Of a DNA stretch of 12,839 bases, positions 7,488 to 12,839 are shown piece after piece. The position numbers and the translations under genes are program-made. The stretch's first letter is position 1; the number at the start of each line of letters is the position of its first letter. The stretch covers positions 1 to 12,839 of the forward strand of contig JAHQXC010000034.1 of assembly GCA_029856525.1 (NCBI GenBank), given 5' to 3'. Source of the stretch: Candidatus Odinarchaeia archaeon. Its GTDB lineage: Archaea > Asgardarchaeota > Odinarchaeia > Odinarchaeales > Odinarchaeaceae. The notes beneath the pieces are model-generated. The model was not told where the DNA came from, did no database searches, and saw only the letters and a program-made list of their open reading frames with translations.

Positions 7488-8147
7488 TTAGAATAATATT
7501 ATTGAGATAACGGTTAAAGCGATTAACGCTATAATTAGATTCCATGCTAGAATCGCTGTTAAAAGCTGTTTTCGGGATTCTTTGATAATATCTGAAAACT
7601 CAAGTATCAATTCTGCGCTAATATGATTTGAAATAGGTTTCTCTTCTCTAAGATTTTTTAAAGCTAGTTTAAGTATTTCACGGCTTGTTAAAGTGGTTTT
7701 AAAATCTAGTTCAACAGGTTTACCCTCTTCAACTCGGTATAATGATAGTGTTCTATTATCTAAATCCTGTTTTTTCCAGTATTCTAGGGGATCGATCACT
7801 AATGCTACAGCTTGAGGGAAAAGCCTCTGATACACGGTTTGAGTTTTAACATCTATTTGAGACATGAAATCCGCGCCCATACCAGGGTGAGTGTGAAACC
7901 AGCCGCAGATGATTTCACCAGGCTTATATTTTGCAAGTTCGTTTACAACTTCAATTAAAACATCCGCGTCTAATTTAACCGATATTCTAGACGACTCTTG
8001 AACAGGGATATTCACGTCTTTTATAATTAATCTGTCTTCTTCTAAAATCCCTGTTAAATAGCCGGCTGCTTCTTTCTGTAAGCTGCTTGTAGCCTCGATT
8101 ATTTTTAATACTACCGATGGATCTATTAATACGTTCAATTCTATCAA
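7488..8147 (-). CDS. MPN+/JAMM metalloprotease (Rpn11/CSN5-like) with C-terminal transmembrane anchor
   Basis: Catalytic Glu in KEAAGYLTG, JAMM motif GWFHTHPGMGADFMSQID, followed by VKTQ and AVALVIDP as in Rpn11-type proteins. The last 25 aa (7491-7565) are hydrophobic. Start is TTG at 8147 or TTG at 8138; the latter has AGGTTGATAGAA upstream. Confidence 0.9.
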   Translation of the reverse strand: MIELNVLIDPSVVLKIIEATSSLQKEAAGYLTGILEEDRLIIKDVNIPVQESSRISVKLDADVLIEVVNELAKYKPGEIICGWFHTHPGMGADFMSQIDVKTQTVYQRLFPQAVALVIDPLEYWKKQDLDNRTLSLYRVEEGKPVELDFKTTLTSREILKLALKNLREEKPISNHISAELILEFSDIIKESRKQLLTAILAWNLIIALIALTVISIILF

Positions 8148-8157
8148 CCTATAGAAT

Positions 8158-8928
8158 TTATTCTATAAGGTATCTCCCCGGGTTTGCGTTTATTTCCTTT
8201 ACCACGTTTTCAAATTCTTTCAAAACCTCGGTTATAAAATTCGGTGGAGATGTATCTGTGATCTCGATTGTTTTTTCAACAATAACCCAATCTTCAAGAT
8301 TACTCGCAGATTTTAACGGCTTCAAGTATTTTTCATCAGCTCGAAGAAGATTCATATTATTTTTAAACACATCTTTTTTTATAAAATCCACTAGGCTAGA
8401 AAATATTTTACGGTAGCCGCCGGATAGCAGAAATCTAGCTATTTCAGCAGGAGATAAAGCTCTCACAGATATTTTAAACTCTTCTTCCTCCTCATCTAAT
8501 ATTAAAGGGATCGACCCCTTAGGTTTAATCTCACCTATTTTTCTTTCAAATAAAGCTTGACCTCTCTTCCTAATCACTCTTCGAATTTTAGTTATAATCT
8601 GCTCGGTATCAGCGTTACCGTAAGGGTCGATTATATCCGGGTTCATTAAATCTATTAACGGTATTTCCATGTTGGGTCTAAGCTCTGTAGCGTCTAATAT
8701 CACTGCGATTACAGGCTCCATTATGTTAACAGGATGTTCTTTAATAACCCCCTTACCGGCTAAAACACCCGGGCCTATAAACATTGAACGAGCTTCATTA
8801 TTTCTAAGAATAGTCCATAATTGCTCTGAGATTACTAGTAGCTTGCCTTGAAAGTCGAGTTTACCATAGCTTAAAGATAAACCTGGGATTAGAGAATCTA
8901 CCAGCCATATTAAAGGCGGCATGCTCAC
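8158..8928 (-). CDS. Hypothetical protein, possible divergent longin-like N-terminal domain
   Basis: 256-aa ORF whose GTG start overlaps the upstream TGA (GTGA overlap at 8925-8928; alternative ATG at 8922). It ends 10 nt before the JAMM gene. Fold assignment is by secondary-structure pattern only. Confidence 0.8.
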   Translation of the reverse strand: MSMPPLIWLVDSLIPGLSLSYGKLDFQGKLLVISEQLWTILRNNEARSMFIGPGVLAGKGVIKEHPVNIMEPVIAVILDATELRPNMEIPLIDLMNPDIIDPYGNADTEQIITKIRRVIRKRGQALFERKIGEIKPKGSIPLILDEEEEEFKISVRALSPAEIARFLLSGGYRKIFSSLVDFIKKDVFKNNMNLLRADEKYLKPLKSASNLEDWVIVEKTIEITDTSPPNFITEVLKEFENVVKEINANPGRYLIE

Positions 8929-10175
8929 TCACTATGCTCGTTGATTAAATGTTTCATAAAATATTCTGAGATTTTTTTAATTACGTGTTCGCGTGGAAGA
9001 GGTTGTTTAATATTTAAATAATCGTATAATTCTTTTTCAGAAACCTGGGGTGGAATACTCGCCGATGCCTGTTTATTATAATCTGCATAGATTACTTCAG
9101 CAAGCTGAGTTCTATTCAGCGGATGATGGTTGAAGCGCTTTAATATTTCGGTTATCATAGTGTAGGCTACTTCAAGCGGATTAGCTATTTCATAATTCAT
9201 GTTTTTAAAAACTTTAGTCACTGTTTTCAACAGAAAATCTTGGCGTTCAAGTTCAGGTCTCTTTCTAGCAAGGATTATATCACGTTCTAAAAAGTCTATA
9301 GGTGATTTAAGATCAGGGCCGATAAGCCCGTTACGGGTTACAGGCGCGTGAATGATAAGTATATTAGAAGAAGCTGCCGCGTTTAACTCAGGTTTTACCC
9401 TAGGAATAGCTTGAAGGAGAACATGAGCTAGTGTACTTGGAGGCATCTCTTTTAATGGTTTAAGAAGGCTTCTACGTATCTCGATGATCTGAATTTTAGT
9501 TTGAACACCTCCCTCTTCAATATTTATTTTCTCGGTTAAAACATCTAAGTTGAAGAAAAACATTTTAGCCGAGTTAACCGCGGCGATTAAGATTTTATAC
9601 GCATCCCTTGGATCTGCTTTTATGATAGGGGAGAGGAGGGCTGTTGCAGCGTGAATTTGATTTAAATTATCGTGTTCCTTAATCCATTTCTCAATGAGAG
9701 GAATTATATAATTATCTATTAAATTAATTCTCGAGTTAAGTAAATCTGCGATCTTCTCTAGCGGCGGAGCGGCGTCGGATTCTATTGAAAGCTCGGTGTT
9801 TATTAAAGGTCGAAGTTTATCTTCAAGTATATACTTGAATTTACCGTAAAGGAATTGAAGCCACGCCCCCTCTCTGGCCGCGAAGTTGAACATGTAAGTG
9901 GGGGTTTCAGGGATTGGGGTCCCAGCTTCTTCATATATCTTCATTAGCCAGGTAAGGTAATTATAGGTTTGATTGGGGTTTAGCTTATTCTCCAGCTCTA
10001 AAATATAGATTACTTTACATAAATCTGTGTTTAATTTGAACTCTTCTATTATTTCAGCTATTTGGGTTAGATTTACTCTGGAAAGTCTCTCCTTGAAATC
10101 GTATTTTTTCTCAAATTCGGCGGCAAGTTCCCTAGCTAACGTGTATTTTGTGTGCGAGGGGGTTTCAAATTGCAT
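8925..10175 (-). CDS. Hypothetical, predominantly alpha-helical protein
   Basis: 416-aa ORF with ATG preceded by AAGTGATAAT and its own TATA/BRE; coupled to the next gene. No family recognised, and no signal peptide or TM seen. Confidence 0.85.
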   Translation of the reverse strand: MQFETPSHTKYTLARELAAEFEKKYDFKERLSRVNLTQIAEIIEEFKLNTDLCKVIYILELENKLNPNQTYNYLTWLMKIYEEAGTPIPETPTYMFNFAAREGAWLQFLYGKFKYILEDKLRPLINTELSIESDAAPPLEKIADLLNSRINLIDNYIIPLIEKWIKEHDNLNQIHAATALLSPIIKADPRDAYKILIAAVNSAKMFFFNLDVLTEKINIEEGGVQTKIQIIEIRRSLLKPLKEMPPSTLAHVLLQAIPRVKPELNAAASSNILIIHAPVTRNGLIGPDLKSPIDFLERDIILARKRPELERQDFLLKTVTKVFKNMNYEIANPLEVAYTMITEILKRFNHHPLNRTQLAEVIYADYNKQASASIPPQVSEKELYDYLNIKQPLPREHVIKKISEYFMKHLINEHSE

Positions 10176-10207
10176 ATTATCACTTGATTTTTAAAGAAGA
10201 ATTTTGC

Positions 10208-10221
10208 TTATAAATTTTTTG
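10208..10221 (-). promoter_or_regulatory. BRE/TATA promoter for the minus-strand cluster
   Basis: Minus strand CAAAAAA-TTTATAA (10221-10208), 33 nt upstream of the ATG at 10175, typical archaeal spacing. Confidence 0.58.
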
Positions 10222-10283
10222 TAGCACCACTACTTAAAATTACTTTCAGTAATAAATGGTATAAATTTTATGAGCAAAAAACA

Positions 10284-10296
10284 TAAAGTTTTTATA
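10284..10296 (+). promoter_or_regulatory. BRE/TATA promoter for mat (divergent promoter region)
   Basis: TAAAG-TTTTTATA at 10284-10296, about 45 nt upstream of the ATG at 10341. Confidence 0.45.
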
Positions 10297-10340
10297 GTAA
10301 AAAATTCCGTTAAAAATCGAGTGATCACATAGCGTGTGGG

Positions 10341-11567
10341 ATGATCATGCAAAGAAACATTAAAGTTAATGAGTTAAAAGTCACCCCAATAGAAAACCAA
10401 GAGATGGAGATAGTGGAACGGAAAGGGAGAGGTCACCCTGACACAATCTGCGACGCGATAGCTGAAGAGGTTAGCCGGAAACTATCAAAATACTATTTAG
10501 AGAATTTCGGGAGGATACTACACCATAACGTGGATAAAGCTAGTTTAGCTGGAGGCAGAGCTAAAGCAGTGTTCGGCGGCGGTGAAATACTTGAGCCGAT
10601 TTATATATTAATGCTTGGGAGAGCTGTGTCAGAAGTATTACACAACGGTGGAATAGAGAGAATACCCTTAGGAACATTATGCGGAGACGCGATTAGAGAT
10701 AAAATCGCGGAGAGCATAAGATACCTAGATGTTGAAAGACATCTAATAATAGATCATAAAATAAGAGCAGGATCATCTGATCTAGTCGGATTATTTAACT
10801 CGGCGAAAGAAATACCGAAAGCGAACGATACATCTTTCGGCGTAGCCTTCGCACCTTTATCAGAAACTGAAAAACTAGTTTTACAAACAGAGCTCTTATT
10901 AAATTCACCTGAATATAAGAAGAAAATGCCTGAGACCGGCGAAGATATTAAAGTAATGGGGTTAAGGCAGGGAGATAAGATCAAACTGACAATAGCCATG
11001 GCTATGATATCAACGCTTATCCCTGATTTAGATCATTACTTAAACGTTAAAGAACAGGTTAAAAACGACGTGCTAGATTTAGCGGCTAAAATAACTAATA
11101 GAGAAGTCACCGTAGACGTTAACACAGCGGATATAATCGACGCTAGTAATCCATGCGTGTATATCACGGTAACAGGGACATCGGCTGAGAACGGGGATGA
11201 CGGACAGGTTGGAAGAGGAAACAGGGCTAACGGGCTTATCACACCGTTTAGAACAATGTCATTAGAGGCAACCTCAGGTAAGAATCCTGTAAGCCATGTC
11301 GGTAAAATTTACAATGTTTTAGCGATGGATATAGCCGACCAGATTATAGAAGAAGTGAAAGGAGTGAGAGAAGTATACGTGAGAATACTAAGCCAGATCG
11401 GTAAACCTATAGATCAGCCTCTTGTAGCAAACGCTCAAGTCATTCTCGATCAAGGCGTTAAATTTAACACAGTTGACTCAGATATTAAAAATATAATCGA
11501 TGAAAACCTAGAGCATATTACAAAAATAACGGAGAGATTCCTGAAAGGAGAGGCTAGACTCTACTAA
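10341..11567 (+). CDS. mat: Archaeal-type S-adenosylmethionine synthetase (methionine adenosyltransferase)
   Basis: Archaeal MAT signatures [67 protein letters not shown] and [13 protein letters not shown]. Start is 10341 or 10347. Confidence 0.97.
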   Translation: MIMQRNIKVNELKVTPIENQEMEIVERKGRGHPDTICDAIAEEVSRKLSKYYLENFGRILHHNVDKASLAGGRAKAVFGGGEILEPIYILMLGRAVSEVLHNGGIERIPLGTLCGDAIRDKIAESIRYLDVERHLIIDHKIRAGSSDLVGLFNSAKEIPKANDTSFGVAFAPLSETEKLVLQTELLLNSPEYKKKMPETGEDIKVMGLRQGDKIKLTIAMAMISTLIPDLDHYLNVKEQVKNDVLDLAAKITNREVTVDVNTADIIDASNPCVYITVTGTSAENGDDGQVGRGNRANGLITPFRTMSLEATSGKNPVSHVGKIYNVLAMDIADQIIEEVKGVREVYVRILSQIGKPIDQPLVANAQVILDQGVKFNTVDSDIKNIIDENLEHITKITERFLKGEARLY

Positions 11568-11608
11568 TTTTTTATATAATCTTTTAAAATTTTTTAAAAA
11601 AAAATTAT
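11568..11608. terminator. Probable bidirectional oligo(T) terminator between convergent genes
   Basis: T6 tracts on + at 11568-11573 and 11590-11595; A9 at 11596-11604 (T9 on -). AATTTTTT/AAAAAATT is also self-complementary. Confidence 0.55.
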
Positions 11609-12196
11609 TTAACGGATAAGCTTCGGCTTACACCGCTGTTTTTTCAAAGCATCTACAAGCTGGTTAACGTTATCAATTCTATCAAGAAATTCAGTGCAAC
11701 ACCATCCGAACTCTGAAATATTATGCGCATCCGACCCGGCTGTAGCGGAAACATGCTTTTTTAAAGCTATTGTTAAAGCGTTTTCATCTATTTTAAATCT
11801 GGATCTATCCGAGACTTCAACACCATCCACATCTAGATCATAGACTCTCTCGCCTAGTTTAACAGGCCAAGACCTGAACGGGTGAGCTGCAACCACGGCA
11901 CCACCCTCACGGTGAACTGCTTCAATAATTATTTTAGCCGGTGTATAAGGTTGAAAAACATTATTTAAACCGTATATTAACAGTTCACCTTCTAAAACTG
12001 TTAGTTCATAGCCTAGAAAAACGGTTAAACCGTGTTTTTCAGCTTTTCTAAGCTCCTCGCTAAAATCCCCGATAACATTATGATCTGTTAAAACTACGCC
12101 GTCTAGACCATATGAGGGGGCTAATTCAAGTATCTCTGTTAAAGTTAACTCGGAGCAAGGGGAAATCTGAGAGTGAACGTGTAAATCTATTAGAAA
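11609..12196 (-). CDS. PHP-family metal-dependent phosphoesterase; start codon unresolved
   Basis: The frame of track ORF 11609..11896 stays open up to 12199. It adds (EF)LIDLHVHSQISPCS...GLDGVVLTDHN...GYE upstream of AAHPFR and AGSDAH, the characteristic PHP motif series. No ATG/GTG/TTG occurs between the in-frame TAA at 12202-12200 and 11896. Confidence 0.85.
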   Translation of the reverse strand, partial: FLIDLHVHSQISPCSELTLTEILELAPSYGLDGVVLTDHNVIGDFSEELRKAEKHGLTVFLGYELTVLEGELLIYGLNNVFQPYTPAKIIIEAVHREGGAVVAAHPFRSWPVKLGERVYDLDVDGVEVSDRSRFKIDENALTIALKKHVSATAGSDAHNISEFGWCCTEFLDRIDNVNQLVDALKKQRCKPKLIR

Positions 12197-12211
12197 TTCT
12201 TACACCCCCTT

Positions 12212-12835
12212 TTACACATCTCCAGTAATTCGATTAAGCCAGTTATCTATGTCTTTAATTAAATTATCAGCCTCCTCAGGGGGGATAGGCTTATTCCTAG
12301 GCATACGCTTAATTTTCTGAATCCACTCGTGCATCTCATAGAATACAGGGTGATGCGGAGTCCAGCTCATTAAAGTGTCACGGGTCTCCGCTATTTTAGC
12401 GATAAGATTAGCCGCCGGCGTCTGCTCGCCAACCGCTTTAGCTAGATTTTTTAAAATATTCTCTGTAGCTGTCCTATTAGCATCCCGCTTTATATAAACA
12501 GGAGTGGTCGCGTTAATTTCAACAGGAGGCTCCTCAACCTCTTGAATTTTGATTTCTTCAACGCTAGGTTTACTTTTAACAATCTTCTCTAATTCTAGCA
12601 CTCTTTCGATAAGCTTCTCCAATGCCTCTTTAGTAGTAAACCGTAAACCTCGTATAGAAACCTCTAAAGCCTCTATTTTCTTAACATTTTTTTGAAGCTC
12701 CTCGAATTGGTTTTGGAAACCGCCTAGTCTTTCAATAACACTTAAACCGAATCTCTCTAATGTATCCTTTATTTTAGTTAAGTTTTGAACAGTTTCGTTG
12801 AGAATATTTTTGACTTCAATAAGCGATTGATTCAA
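12212..12835 (-). CDS. Coiled-coil protein with C-terminal Vps28-CTD-like helical bundle (may extend beyond the window)
   Basis: 207-aa ORF from TTG 12835; the in-frame codon upstream is GGA, so the true start may lie outside the window. Heptad-rich N-terminal ~88 aa, Pro/Glu linker, then an ~84-aa helical domain containing EWIQKIKRM...IPPEEADNLIKDID. Confidence 0.78.
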   Translation of the reverse strand: MNQSLIEVKNILNETVQNLTKIKDTLERFGLSVIERLGGFQNQFEELQKNVKKIEALEVSIRGLRFTTKEALEKLIERVLELEKIVKSKPSVEEIKIQEVEEPPVEINATTPVYIKRDANRTATENILKNLAKAVGEQTPAANLIAKIAETRDTLMSWTPHHPVFYEMHEWIQKIKRMPRNKPIPPEEADNLIKDIDNWLNRITGDV

Positions 12836-12839
12836 TCCG

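Noticed and set aside
8117-8851. Plus-strand ORFs 8117..8416 and 8669..8851
   Set aside because: Antisense to the operon-embedded 256-aa gene (the first also overlaps the JAMM start); no motifs or promoter.
10754-11242. Minus-strand ORFs 10754..10999 and 11036..11242
   Set aside because: Antisense shadows within mat.
12200-12214. Read-through fusion of the Vps28-like ORF with the in-frame PHP ORF
   Set aside because: Would need suppression of two TAA codons 12 nt apart, and an SD between them favours separate initiation.
1-12839. CRISPR arrays, tRNA/rRNA genes, IS elements or integrases
   Set aside because: No regularly spaced repeats, cloverleaf/T-loop motifs, terminal inverted repeats or transposase/recombinase motifs were seen by eye.

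Overview
This is an archaeal chromosomal window, most likely from an Asgard archaeon. That is an inference from the archaeal-type SAM synthetase, archaeal TATA/BRE and SD motifs, and several eukaryote-like domains. Left to right: (1) the 3' part of a fumarylacetoacetate-hydrolase-family gene (+); (2) a convergent 1551-aa single-pass, heavily N-glycosylatable surface protein with a ~200-aa cytoplasmic tail holding a duplicated helical module (-); (3) a 392-nt unexplained intergenic region with palindromes; (4) a five-gene minus-strand cluster encoding a 416-aa helical orphan, a 256-aa protein with a probable cryptic longin fold, an Rpn11/CSN5-like JAMM metalloprotease with a C-terminal membrane anchor, a longin/uDENN + tandem winged-helix protein (NPRL2/NPRL3-like architecture) and a small winged-helix protein; (5) the divergent archaeal SAM synthetase (+); (6) a convergent PHP-family metallophosphoesterase with no canonical start codon, which the ORF track truncates; (7) a coiled-coil protein whose C-terminal ~85 aa resemble the ESCRT-I Vps28 C-terminal bundle. 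The best candidate for an undescribed system is the longin / membrane-anchored JAMM / longin-WH cluster beside the receptor-like surface protein. All family assignments are by eye; reference sequences were recalled from memory and no searches were run. No rRNA, tRNA, CRISPR array or mobile element was recognised.
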